This document shows positions 1 to 8,176 of a stretch of 64,000 nt of DNA, in pieces (position 1 is the first letter of the stretch; every line of letters begins with the position of its first letter). Location: the UHGV virus genome UHGV-1373641. One strand, given 5' to 3'. The translations under genes and the position numbers were made by a program. A model generated the notes under the pieces. That model worked only from the letters and a program-made list of their open reading frames with translations, did no database searches and was not told where the DNA came from. Source of the DNA: a virus.

Positions 1-56
1 CACGAAATCATAAAATCACGAAATCATAAAATCACGAAATCATAAAATCACGAAAA
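1..56 (+). repeat. Tandem direct repeat, about 3.5 copies of the 16-bp unit CACGAAATCATAAAAT, truncated by the window edge
   Basis: Read directly from the sequence: cacgaaatcataaaat occurs three times, then cacgaaaaaagg. It lies upstream of the first Zn-ribbon gene. Confidence 0.8.
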
Positions 57-170
57 AAGGAAAACATACATGATTCCAGATAATTTTATTTACGTTATAG
101 CAATTCTTAGCGTGATTTTCTTCTTTATGATTATTGGGACGAAACGATAAAAAAGAGGAGGTATCTTAAA

Positions 171-503
171 ATGAAATACAGCGATATTGTGGATAGGCCA
201 GCATATAAGGCTCCCGATAAATGCCCTATCTGTGGGGACTGGCCTTTGAATGGTTATACACCAGATATAAAAACAACGGAAGATGGAGAAACGGTATTCG
301 TTTGGAGATGCCGGAGATGCTCCTATAATTACGTGGTTCCGGGAAAAAAGGTTTCCCAAAAGACCGAACATCTAAAATATATTTTTATTAAAATTTTTTG
401 GGAGGATTTAGGCAAAACTTTGATATGCTCCGCATTGGTCTTTATAGGTGTATTTGGGTTAGGTTGTTTGGGACTCCTGCTTTTCGAATCACTCTTTAAG
501 TAA
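171..503 (+). CDS. Small Zn-ribbon protein with a C-terminal transmembrane helix (paralog of 526..846)
   Basis: The SD is aaaagaggaggt followed by ATG. The protein has CPICG...CRRC (a four-Cys ribbon) and a hydrophobic C-terminus, ICSALVFIGVFGLGCLGLLLF. Confidence 0.6.
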   Translation: MKYSDIVDRPAYKAPDKCPICGDWPLNGYTPDIKTTEDGETVFVWRCRRCSYNYVVPGKKVSQKTEHLKYIFIKIFWEDLGKTLICSALVFIGVFGLGCLGLLLFESLFK

Positions 504-525
504 TTTAAAAAATGGAGATAATTAA

Positions 526-846
526 ATGAAAAACGATATTCGTATTTCAGTACCAGCGTATGATTTTGGAAAGGACTGTCCTGTTTGTGGTAGTTCGAAC
601 ACTGTTTTTCAAAAGGATGGAAGAGAACTAAGAGGAGATGGGGAAATGGTTTTTATTTGGAGATGCTCAATGTGCGGGTGTGAATATGAAGTGCCCTCAA
701 AAGATATCTCTCAACGAATGTACGTCATGAAAAGGCGTTTTATTGAAAAGTTTCCCGAATCATTTGCATATGGAGTAGTTGCTTCTCTAGCCGGGTTTGG
801 TGCGGTAAGCTTGTTTATAATCTTTATCGTGTATATTTTTAAATAA
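526..846 (+). CDS. Small Zn-ribbon protein with a C-terminal TM helix (paralog of 171..503)
   Basis: CPVCG...CSMCGC, with the same architecture and the shared motif GE(T/M)VF(V/I)WRC. The C-terminal hydrophobic helix is VVASLAGFGAVSLFIIFIVYIF. Confidence 0.6.
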   Translation: MKNDIRISVPAYDFGKDCPVCGSSNTVFQKDGRELRGDGEMVFIWRCSMCGCEYEVPSKDISQRMYVMKRRFIEKFPESFAYGVVASLAGFGAVSLFIIFIVYIFK

Positions 847-855
847 ATATAATTG

Positions 856-886
856 TTGACATACTAACGAAAATTCGGCATAGTGT
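856..886 (+). promoter_or_regulatory. Sigma70-like promoter, TTGACA-N17/19-(C)ATAGTGT, sharing the TAACGAAAATT spacer element with the promoter at 3935
   Basis: ttgacatactaacgaaaattcggcatagtgtg. A near-identical element recurs at 3935, 6813 and 63124. Confidence 0.5.
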
Positions 887-888
887 GT

Positions 889-933
889 TCACGAAGAGTT
901 TATCTACGAAGAGTTTATCTACGAAGAATTTAT
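889..933 (+). repeat. Three tandem 15-bp repeats (ACGAAGAGTTTATCT) in the 5' leader of the 947 gene
   Basis: cacgaagagtttatct acgaagagtttatct acgaagaatttatc, immediately followed by SD aaggagg. It shares the CACGAA start with the repeat at 1-56. Confidence 0.75.
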
Positions 934-946
934 CAAGGAGGATGAA

Positions 947-2500
947 ATGTCAAATATTTCTCAGAAGAACGTAGAGCGAAGGAAAGAACTTTTTACTCTT
1001 ATTTTAAGTAGAAAGACGGATAAAGAGCTAGCTCATCTTTGTAGAAGATCACCCGGGCCTTGCACGGTATATGCAGTCTGCCCAGATTCAGAAGAAGGCC
1101 CATGCCCGTTCAAGGCTATGTGTGGTGACGTAGATGAAAGCCATTGGAGCGAGGTGAGAGCTATGGTAGAAAAAAAAGGAGGAAATAAATTGGAAAGCGT
1201 AGAACATGAAAACCAGCGGGAAGTTTTGGCACCTTCTCCTCTCATTGACTCCAGTTTTCTTGATGAAGGCATAGATTCTTATAAATCTTTGTTTGAAGAA
1301 AATTTGGTTGAAAGTCTTGCTAGACAATGTAACGACCTTAATGGCTATAATACGTGTCCTCTAGCAAATGATGATGCTCTATGCCCCTTTGGGTCTAGCA
1401 AGCCGTGCCCAGAAATCACTGCTGACGATTGGAGGAAACTTGAATTGTATGTAGAGGAAAAAGAAATTCAGGATATTAATAATCAAAGCGAGGCCCCAGA
1501 CCCTCTTATTCATTCTTGCGTTATTGATGAATACCTACAATCGTATAAACTTTTATTGGAAAATACAACTCCTTTTGGTTTTGCTAGGCAATGCAGTGAT
1601 GTAAGAAGAACTGCTAGATGCCCTCTTGAAAATGAAAAAGCCCCGTGCCCTTTCGGAAGTAATAAGGGGTGTTCAGAAATCATTGAAGAAGATTGGGAGA
1701 AGCTAAAATCCTATGTACTTGAAAAGACGAAATCTAGTGACGTAAACCAAGAAAATATGAATACTGTAGAACATGAACCTCCAAAGATGGTCAACCCCGA
1801 ACTTTCTGACGTTAATTCATACATCGTCTATGAAAACCTAAAATCATTTAACTCTGTACTTATTAATAATGTTTCATATGATAATCTAGCTAAACGCTGT
1901 AATAACTCTTCAAATAAGATCTTAGGATCATGCCCTATTAGTCATACCAATCATTTTTGTCCTTTTATGTCTCCTTGTGAGAAGATATCTTCCGATCATT
2001 GGAGGGAAGTCGGGGAGCTTGTGGCAAATGAATGGGAAAATCTTGCAATGTATGTAAAGGAAAAGGAGGAAGCTAATATGCAGAGAGAAGCTAACATCCA
2101 GAGAGAAGCTCATACACAGGGTCACAATACTCAGGAGGATATTGCGCAGGAAACTAAGGAATCCCCTGTTCGATGCTACTATGCTTTCATGGTGAAAGAA
2201 GAAAAGATTGTTTTTTACAAAGGCGTTTTTACGCGACGCAAGACTGTACCTGTGGCATTCACCGCTGAAAGCCAACGAGATCTTTTTGTTCGTAATTACG
2301 AATGCTCCTACGCAGTGAGCCGTAGACAGCTTTTGCATGAACTTGCGGACGCCTATCAGGATAGAAGTATTACGGAACTGTCTAGGGTAATCTCGGAAAT
2401 TCGGAGACGCGCAATCTCCGCGACAGAGAATAGTAACGGAGCCATTACTTACAGTGACTATCTTTACTTCGATATGGCGGAAATTGTTTTTGATATCTAA
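947..2500 (+). CDS. 517-aa protein with four tandem copies of a four-Cys module (C..CP(L)..CPF(GS)..C.EI..DW..L..YV.EK), plus a distinct C-terminal domain
   Basis: Strong SD. Repeats seen at aa ~31-75, 128-172, 216-260 and 318-372. Each is preceded by a helix of the form ...SYK.L.EN....ARQC. No family name recognised. Confidence 0.55.
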   Translation: MSNISQKNVERRKELFTLILSRKTDKELAHLCRRSPGPCTVYAVCPDSEEGPCPFKAMCGDVDESHWSEVRAMVEKKGGNKLESVEHENQREVLAPSPLIDSSFLDEGIDSYKSLFEENLVESLARQCNDLNGYNTCPLANDDALCPFGSSKPCPEITADDWRKLELYVEEKEIQDINNQSEAPDPLIHSCVIDEYLQSYKLLLENTTPFGFARQCSDVRRTARCPLENEKAPCPFGSNKGCSEIIEEDWEKLKSYVLEKTKSSDVNQENMNTVEHEPPKMVNPELSDVNSYIVYENLKSFNSVLINNVSYDNLAKRCNNSSNKILGSCPISHTNHFCPFMSPCEKISSDHWREVGELVANEWENLAMYVKEKEEANMQREANIQREAHTQGHNTQEDIAQETKESPVRCYYAFMVKEEKIVFYKGVFTRRKTVPVAFTAESQRDLFVRNYECSYAVSRRQLLHELADAYQDRSITELSRVISEIRRRAISATENSNGAITYSDYLYFDMAEIVFDI

Positions 2501-2513
2501 ACTATAAACTCAC

Positions 2514-2556
2514 TATATGCAGCGTGTCTTTATCGATCTCGGACACGCTGCATATA
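2514..2556 (+). promoter_or_regulatory. Perfect 15-bp-stem hairpin (13-nt loop) between the stop of the 947 gene and the RBS of the next gene
   Basis: tatatgcagcgtgtc tttatcgatctcg gacacgctgcatata. No U-tract follows, so a classic intrinsic terminator is not supported. It could be an RNase III or attenuator site. Confidence 0.5.
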
Positions 2557-2571
2557 AAAAGGAGTGAAAAT

Positions 2572-2934
2572 ATGAATCTTTCCGAATGTTTGAAAATGTT
2601 CCCACATGATCGGTATTTTGATGACCTTGAAGTTAATCCTATGCAGCTTGCGGAGCACTATTACTTTAGAAAAAACACTAGACCGGGAAGCATTGATTAT
2701 AGGGATTCCGCGCTTGCTTTGATGTTAGCGGAAGGCACAGATTTTTCTTCGACCGATAACACTACTCATTTGATCCACAGATTTATTGATGTCAAGTGTA
2801 TTCAGTGTAAGGGTAAGATGCACTATAAGACAGCACATGGCTCTGAGCATACGAATGTCATTTTCAAGTGTGATTCCTGTGGAACGGAACTTACTTTGTG
2901 CCTTGCAAATTTCTCCGTAAAATTTAAAAAATAG
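2572..2934 (+). CDS. Hypothetical protein with a C-terminal Zn ribbon (CIQC...CDSCG)
   Basis: SD aaaaggag precedes the ATG at 2572. C-x2-C...C-x2-C at the C-terminus. Confidence 0.55.
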   Translation: MNLSECLKMFPHDRYFDDLEVNPMQLAEHYYFRKNTRPGSIDYRDSALALMLAEGTDFSSTDNTTHLIHRFIDVKCIQCKGKMHYKTAHGSEHTNVIFKCDSCGTELTLCLANFSVKFKK

Positions 2935-3061
2935 AAAAAATGGTTGACTCCTATGAAAAGTTTCGCTACATTCAGTTTTGTTGAAAGGATGATTGTCGCC
3001 GCCATAGTGGTCTTTGTGTTTTCTATTCTTCCCGTATAAAATAAACTAAAAGAGGATAAAA

Positions 3062-3412
3062 ATGAAGATTCGTAATTTCACCGGGCACCAGATTAATGTT
3101 TACAATCCTTCTGGGACTACAGAATTGTTTCGTTTTGAACCGGAAGGCATGGCTCGGGTTAACTATGTCCGAGAATATGATACTGTTTTGTCTGCTCATG
3201 ACCCTAAAGGGTTTGTTCCTGTAAATGAAATTGTGGAAAGGGAAATTAAAGGCTTGCCAGCTCCTGCCAAGGATGTTATGTACATCGTAACGAACATGGT
3301 TTTTGACTCGTCTGACAGGATTGATTTGCTTTGCCCAGACGAACTTGTACGGGACGAAAATCACCGTGTTAAAGGATGCTCCAGTTTGCGTCGACGTACC
3401 ATTTTTAACTAA
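3062..3412 (+). CDS. Hypothetical protein
   Basis: SD aaaagaggat. The ORF is in an operon with its neighbours. Confidence 0.5.
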   Translation: MKIRNFTGHQINVYNPSGTTELFRFEPEGMARVNYVREYDTVLSAHDPKGFVPVNEIVEREIKGLPAPAKDVMYIVTNMVFDSSDRIDLLCPDELVRDENHRVKGCSSLRRRTIFN

Positions 3413-3426
3413 AGAGGTTAATTGTC

Positions 3427-3927
3427 ATGCAGACATTTCTTCCCGTTCCAGACTTCCTTGAAACGGCTAAGATTCTCGACAATAAGAGGTTAAATAAGCA
3501 AATCGTGGAAGCCTATCAGATTTTTTCTGGTCGTGTACCTACAAAGAACCATCCGGCTTGCCTTATGTGGGAGGGATATGAATATGATTTGAGTAGATAT
3601 ATTGCGACTTTATGCTCCGAATACTATATGCGGTTTGGAAAGTCACATGTAATTCGTGAGAGGTTGAGTGGTGTCAGATTATACAGTTTTGAATCCACCG
3701 AAAAACCTTTCTGGCTTGGGGATGGTCTTTTCCACTTCTCGCAAAGGGTCAATCTCTTGCGTAAGGACTTTGACTACTATCATACGAAAAAGTTTTTTGG
3801 TGGCATTAGCAAGGACTCGTTAGATCGCTATCCGAAGGGCTATTATTGGCCTGTAGCGAAGCCCAATGGAACCGCGCATAAAGATAGGATGAATTGGATT
3901 GAATGGATTTCTGAAAAGAGTTTTTAA
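3427..3927 (+). CDS. Hypothetical protein with possible weak resemblance to the MRLWSLHP..YLD / NHP 'pyrimidine dimer DNA glycosylase-like' phage family
   Basis: The N-terminus MQTFLPVPDFLE...NHP loosely parallels the family start MRLWSLHPQYLD...NHP. This is from memory and needs a profile search. Confidence 0.25.
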   Translation: MQTFLPVPDFLETAKILDNKRLNKQIVEAYQIFSGRVPTKNHPACLMWEGYEYDLSRYIATLCSEYYMRFGKSHVIRERLSGVRLYSFESTEKPFWLGDGLFHFSQRVNLLRKDFDYYHTKKFFGGISKDSLDRYPKGYYWPVAKPNGTAHKDRMNWIEWISEKSF

Positions 3928-3934
3928 AAAAGTG

Positions 3935-3963
3935 TTGACAAGGTAACGAAAATTTCATAGTAT
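3935..3963 (+). promoter_or_regulatory. Sigma70-like promoter TTGACA-N17-TAGTAT
   Basis: ttgacaaggtaacgaaaatttcatagtat. It shares TAACGAAAATT..CATAGT with the promoter at 856. Confidence 0.55.
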
Positions 3964-4045
3964 GCCTTTCAAGAGAAAGGGAGCACGGAAATATTCTATC
4001 AAACCATTTTAATCTAAACATTTTAATCAACAAGGAGAGATCAAC

Positions 4046-4216
4046 ATGGCTATTATGATTCCTACCAGCTTTTTCTATGGCAAGAAGAATCCCGAAAAGG
4101 CGTTGCGTTGTGCAGAATGTGGAAAGCCCCGCGTAAGAGGGACTCAGCTTTGCGACAAGTGCAAGGCGGAATTTCGTAAGCCCGTAAAGGCCCCGAATTA
4201 CGCGAAGCCCGAATAA
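4046..4216 (+). CDS. 56-aa Zn-ribbon mini-protein (not in the ORF track)
   Basis: SD caaggagag plus ATG. MAIMIPTSFFYGKKNPEKALRCAECGKPRVRGTQLCDKCKAEF... Confidence 0.45.
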   Translation: MAIMIPTSFFYGKKNPEKALRCAECGKPRVRGTQLCDKCKAEFRKPVKAPNYAKPE

Positions 4217-4283
4217 TTGGATTTTGTAAAGTAGTGGGGGCTTAATGCCCCCACATGCTAACAAAAAAATAAAAGAGGATAAA

Positions 4284-4922
4284 ATGGAAGAAGAAAACGT
4301 AAAACGTGAAGCTTCTTATGGGACCATCCGTTTATCGAGGGCGCAAATCGGTGGAGGCGGTCAGTTCTTCTTTGGCTCTAAAGTAAGAGTAACTAATTCG
4401 ATTCTTATTGAAATCAATAATGCCGAAATTGTTACAGACCACGGGGAACAACGAGTCAGGGATGCTGGAGGTGCCCCGCTTATCAGGGTCGAGCTTACTC
4501 CACTCCAATTCTCTGAGCTTCTTATGTCCGCCGATAGATATGAAGGTGTCCCATGCACCATCACTCGGCATCCTATCCACGGCTCCGTAAAATATGTCCG
4601 GGAAGGAATTAAGACGGATGCCGACCTTGCGGAGGAAGCCTTTAAAAATTCCGTTAGGAAGCTCAAGAATACTTTGACTAAGGACGCTGTGAATATAGTC
4701 AATGATTCTAAGTTGTGTAAACGTGATAAAGAACGTGTTTTGAGTGCTCTTGGTACTGTTGAGCGCAACCTTACAGCTAACAGTGAATATAACCTTAAAT
4801 GCCTTCGCGAAGCCACGGAACGTACTTTGATGGAAGCTAAAGCTGAAATGGAAGGGTATATTCAAAATCGGTGCAAGCAGCTTGGCCTTGAAAATCCGTA
4901 TGAAAAGGAAGCGATTGAATGA
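4284..4922 (+). CDS. Hypothetical protein
   Basis: SD aaaagaggataaa precedes the ATG at 4284. The ORFs on the opposite strand are treated as shadows. Confidence 0.5.
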   Translation: MEEENVKREASYGTIRLSRAQIGGGGQFFFGSKVRVTNSILIEINNAEIVTDHGEQRVRDAGGAPLIRVELTPLQFSELLMSADRYEGVPCTITRHPIHGSVKYVREGIKTDADLAEEAFKNSVRKLKNTLTKDAVNIVNDSKLCKRDKERVLSALGTVERNLTANSEYNLKCLREATERTLMEAKAEMEGYIQNRCKQLGLENPYEKEAIE

Positions 4923-5152
4923 CGGAAAATAATAATGATGATAAAGATGAGCTTGAAGCTCTCGCAAAGCTATTAGCTATCTCTTGTCAGAAACATCGTA
5001 TTCGTGAAATTAAAAAATCCTGTCCTTTTCGTGGATATAGCTGTCCTCTAAATAGTTTTACTTTTGAATATGGATGTGAGGACATTAAAGTCAATGACTG
5101 GCTACGGTTTTTTGAAAAATTAAAAGACCTTGCAAAGGAGGCGATTGAATGA
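4919..5152 (+). CDS. Single-module member of the four-Cys 'CPF...C.(E/D)I..DW' family
   Basis: SCQKH...SCPFRGYSCPLNSFTFEYGCEDIKVNDWLRFFEKL matches the repeat unit of the 947..2500 protein. SD aaggaag. ATGA overlap with the upstream gene. Confidence 0.55.
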   Translation: MTENNNDDKDELEALAKLLAISCQKHRIREIKKSCPFRGYSCPLNSFTFEYGCEDIKVNDWLRFFEKLKDLAKEAIE

Positions 5153-5352
5153 AAGCTAATAAAAAAGACGTAGGGGAGATAATTACTATTAGCGATATTG
5201 CTTACATGCACACTCAGGCTTGTAAAGATCTTGGTAGGGACTGTTTGTGGAGCCACTGTCCATTATTTCATAGAGGATCGTGCGATGAAATTGAACAATC
5301 AGATTGGATTGAAGCTTTGGAAAAATTGGTTAAAGGGGAGCTTGTAATATGA
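5149..5352 (+). CDS. Single-module member of the same four-Cys 'C.EI..DW' family
   Basis: ACKDLGRDCLWSHCPLFHRGSCDEIEQSDWIEALEKLV. SD aaaggagg. Overlapping start and stop. Confidence 0.55.
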   Translation: MKANKKDVGEIITISDIAYMHTQACKDLGRDCLWSHCPLFHRGSCDEIEQSDWIEALEKLVKGELVI

Positions 5353-5537
5353 GCATCAATAAGAAAACCGTGGACCTCGCAATTTTCGAGTGTGAAAGAT
5401 TCCTTGAGCGAGCTAAGCTTGTGGCTTCTCTTGGTTATATTCATGCTGACGTAAGATACACCGCAGCATTGAAGCGGTCTTGCGCGGAAGTAAGAAACGC
5501 GGTGGTAGCTGTAAGAAAGGATGCTCGAATATGCTAG
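5349..5537 (+). CDS. Hypothetical 62-aa protein
   Basis: SD aaagggga. Translationally coupled within the operon. Confidence 0.4.
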   Translation: MSINKKTVDLAIFECERFLERAKLVASLGYIHADVRYTAALKRSCAEVRNAVVAVRKDARIC

Positions 5538-5842
5538 GCAACGGCAGAAACTTTGGGATGAACAACATAAAGGCGGCTCAGATGAATAACGAAAAAACGG
5601 AAAAGACAGAAAACGCATCTTCAATTCTACAAAAGACGGAAGATGATATCCTCATGTTTTTGGTTTATGCTATAATCAATCTTGTTTACGTTGTTGGTTT
5701 GTTTGGGTTTCTTCTGCCGTTTTTGATTAGCTCCGAATCTACGGCTTTAGTCCTGACCGGAGCGGCATTGATTTTTAGTTTCCCCGTAACTGTGTTTTTG
5801 AGCTATAAAACCTTTAAAAGTATTTTTAAGGAAGACGTATAA
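5531..5842 (+). CDS. Small two-TM membrane protein immediately upstream of the SPFH gene, in the position of an NfeD-like partner
   Basis: The ATG at 5531 has SD aaagg. Hydrophobic segments are FLVYAIINLVYVVGLFGFLLPFLI and LVLTGAALIFSFPVTVFL. Its stop overlaps the SPFH start (ATAATGA). Confidence 0.45.
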   Translation: MLGNGRNFGMNNIKAAQMNNEKTEKTENASSILQKTEDDILMFLVYAIINLVYVVGLFGFLLPFLISSESTALVLTGAALIFSFPVTVFLSYKTFKSIFKEDV

Positions 5843-6726
5843 TGAAAAAGATTATCGCATGTGTTACTCTTGTTTTTGTCCTTATTTTCGGCATTTATGC
5901 TCTTACTTGCATTGAGAAGGTCGAGGCTGGTTACGTTGGCGTGAAGGTGAACTTGCTTGGCTCGTCGAAAGGCGTGGACACTGAAAAGCTTGGTGTAGGC
6001 CGCTATTGGGTAGGCATCAATGAACAGCTTTTCACGTTCTCTACGGCGCAGCAGACAAAGGAATGGCGGGGAACCGGAAATAGCGGCGCATTCCAATTCC
6101 AATCCAAGGAAGGGCTTTCTCTCAGTGCTGACGTTTCTCTGTCTTACTCCGTTGATCCCGATAAAGTGTCTTTGCTTTTCCAAACGTATAGAAAGGGTAT
6201 TGACGAAATCACGAACGTATATGTTTACAACATGATTCGAGACGAGATTGTCCGCGCCGCTTCTACGAGGACTTCTGAGCAGCTTTACGGGGAAAAGAAG
6301 ACCGAGTTTATTATGCAGGTGACGGAGGCCGTCCGTGAACGTCTCGCGCCTCTTGGGATTAAGATTGATTACATTGCCATTGTCGGCAATATCTGGCTTC
6401 CCCAGAATGTAAAGGAAGCGATTGACGCTAAGGTGGGCGCTATTCAGATTGCTACGCAGCGCCGCACAGAAATTGAAACCGCGCAAGCTGAGGCGGATAA
6501 GAAGAAAGCCGAGGCGGAAGGACGCGCCGAATCCATGCGGAAGATTGCGGATGCCGAGGCATATTCCATTACGAAGAAAGCGGAAGCTCAGTATACAGCA
6601 AATAAGAAGCTCGCTGAATCCCTCACTCCTGAGCTTATCCGATACATCATGGCTACCGGATGGAATGGAGTTCTGCCCAAGGTTACAGGAGAGAATATCC
6701 CAATGCTGAGTATCCCCCTCGAATAA
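5842..6726 (+). CDS. SPFH/band-7 (prohibitin/HflC/YqiK-like) membrane protein
   Basis: N-terminal TM, then GYVGVKVN and ...ADVSLSYSVDPDKV...NVYVYNMIRDEIVRAASTRTSEQLYG. The Ala/Glu/Lys-rich C-terminal coiled coil is typical of SPFH. Confidence 0.75.
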   Translation: MKKIIACVTLVFVLIFGIYALTCIEKVEAGYVGVKVNLLGSSKGVDTEKLGVGRYWVGINEQLFTFSTAQQTKEWRGTGNSGAFQFQSKEGLSLSADVSLSYSVDPDKVSLLFQTYRKGIDEITNVYVYNMIRDEIVRAASTRTSEQLYGEKKTEFIMQVTEAVRERLAPLGIKIDYIAIVGNIWLPQNVKEAIDAKVGAIQIATQRRTEIETAQAEADKKKAEAEGRAESMRKIADAEAYSITKKAEAQYTANKKLAESLTPELIRYIMATGWNGVLPKVTGENIPMLSIPLE

Positions 6727-6734
6727 ATGCTAAT

Positions 6735-6790
6735 AAAGACTTGTGACAACCTAAATGCGGTTTTAGTTGTCACAAGTCTTTATTTTTATC
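6735..6790 (+). terminator. Rho-independent terminator (16-bp perfect stem, 15-nt loop, U-tract)
   Basis: aaagacttgtgacaac ctaaatgcggtttta gttgtcacaagtcttt atttttatc. Confidence 0.8.
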
Positions 6791-6812
6791 TTGTAGTTTA
6801 AACAAAAAAGTA

Positions 6813-6841
6813 TTGACACCCCCAAGATAATTTCGTAGTAT
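6813..6841 (+). promoter_or_regulatory. Sigma70-like promoter TTGACA-N17-TAGTAT
   Basis: ttgacacccccaagataatttcgtagtat. Confidence 0.55.
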
Positions 6842-6862
6842 CTATTTAAAGAGAGGGAGGAA

Positions 6863-7075
6863 ATGAACATGAAAACCGAATCAAAGCAATTTACAAGAGA
6901 AGAAGAGATTGAAGCTAACCTATTCGCATATGAGCTTTTGATGCCAGAGGAATTGTTTAGAGAGAAAGCAGCGGAACATAATTACAGTATTACTAGGCTC
7001 TCAATGCTTTTCGGAGTTTCGAAACCTCATGTTCTTACGAGGCTTATAACTTTGGGATTGCCAGACAGAAGTTGA
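6863..7075 (+). CDS. Truncated ImmA/IrrE (COG2856)-like fragment. It keeps the C-terminal E..EAN.FA.ELLMP helix but has no HEXXH
   Basis: EEEIEANLFAYELLMPEELF...LSMLFGVSKPHVLTRLITLGL matches the C-terminal half of ImmA/IrrE metallopeptidases. There is no upstream coding space for the catalytic motif. Confidence 0.5.
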   Translation: MNMKTESKQFTREEEIEANLFAYELLMPEELFREKAAEHNYSITRLSMLFGVSKPHVLTRLITLGLPDRS

Positions 7076-7093
7076 AAAAGGAGAATGGTGTGT

Positions 7094-7342
7094 ATGGAAA
7101 TGATTAGAAACGTAAAAAATTATATAGCTTTATCGATGGACTTTTCGGGCATATTTTTAAGAACGCTGGTCATTTTAGTTATTTTGTATGTAGGGATGGT
7201 TTTTGTAAACGGAGATTTTTTCAATCCTTTTATGTCTGTGCCAAATCCAGACGGTGTAGATGTCGCTAAAGGAACTAGAGCCATAATACTTGTATTATCT
7301 TTTGTCCTGTCAATTATGCTCCCATCTTTAATTGAAGATTAA
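7094..7342 (+). CDS. Small membrane protein (two TM segments)
   Basis: The ATG at 7094 sits 10 nt after SD aaaggag. Hydrophobic IFLRTLVILVILYVGMVFV and AIILVLSFVLSIMLPSLI. Confidence 0.45.
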   Translation: MEMIRNVKNYIALSMDFSGIFLRTLVILVILYVGMVFVNGDFFNPFMSVPNPDGVDVAKGTRAIILVLSFVLSIMLPSLIED

Positions 7343-7358
7343 AAAAAAGGATAAAGTA

Positions 7359-7781
7359 ATGAAAACATGGATTTATCTGGATGACGAAAGAACGCCTTCA
7401 TATAATTTCTTCCAAGATGTGGATGAAGGTGACGATGAAGATTTTGAAGTCTACACCGTTCGGAGCGGAAAGCAATTTATGAAGATTATTGAAGAAGTGA
7501 ACCCCCACGGCATTAGTCTTGATAATGACCTTGGAGGCTCGGGGCATCTTAGCGAAGGCTATCAAGTCCTGAATGAAATAGAAAAACTGATTTCTGAGGG
7601 TAAGCTCCCCGCCCTTCAAATCGTGAGAGTGCATTCCGCTAACATCGTAGCCAAGCTCAGGATGGTTACTACCGCGAAGGAGATGTTCCAGAGATTCGGA
7701 AGAAAGGATGGTATTGCATTCGCTACGTATCATGAGCCTAGCGGGAATAAAAACGACGCGGTTTTCTATAAAAATAAGTAA
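7359..7781 (+). CDS. Stand-alone receiver (REC/CheY-like) fold protein
   Basis: beta1 WIYLDDER (acidic pair), central ISLDNDLGG (phospho-Asp-like position), later ALQIVRVHSAN. The ATG at 7359 follows SD aaaagg. The longer ORF would need a TTG start. Confidence 0.4.
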   Translation: MKTWIYLDDERTPSYNFFQDVDEGDDEDFEVYTVRSGKQFMKIIEEVNPHGISLDNDLGGSGHLSEGYQVLNEIEKLISEGKLPALQIVRVHSANIVAKLRMVTTAKEMFQRFGRKDGIAFATYHEPSGNKNDAVFYKNK

Positions 7782-7798
7782 AAATGAGGATTGACATC

Positions 7799-8176
7799 AT
7801 GGCAAAAAGCAAGTACGGTCTTACAAACAAGGAAAAAGAGTGGCTTAAAAACAGAGTTTATTTTATCGATCAATGCAAAAATTGTGAATATCAATCCTCC
7901 CTTATGTGCAGAGATTGTCCGGAAAGAGGGTATCTTGATTCCTTGTATCCTAACTATTATGACGCTCTTATGTTCGAGTCTCGTGTGAAACTTAAACTGA
8001 TTAGCATGGATTACAACGATGTTCCTTGCGCTCACAGCATGAAGGCATTGTGCCCGCGCAAAGGTGGAAGTTTCCCCGGTTGCGGCAATTGGTGCCTTTT
8101 GCGTGAAGCTGAACTTATGGTCGAAGCGGAAATGGAACATGAAGAAAGGATGGCGAGATATGAACGAAAGTCTTAG
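7799..8176 (+). CDS. Cys-rich hypothetical protein
   Basis: CKNCEY...CRDCPERG...CAH...CPRKGGSFPGCGNWC. Confidence 0.45.
   Translation: MAKSKYGLTNKEKEWLKNRVYFIDQCKNCEYQSSLMCRDCPERGYLDSLYPNYYDALMFESRVKLKLISMDYNDVPCAHSMKALCPRKGGSFPGCGNWCLLREAELMVEAEMEHEERMARYERKS

Noticed and set aside
1-56. Possible CRISPR array
   Set aside because: The repeat units are 16 bp and directly abutting, with no spacers. There are no cas genes. It looks like an iteron or leader repeat instead.
7784-7798. Upstream ATG (MRIDIM...) for the 7799 gene, and the TTG-initiated extension of the 7359 gene
   Set aside because: There is no SD in front of them. The downstream ATGs have proper SD spacing.
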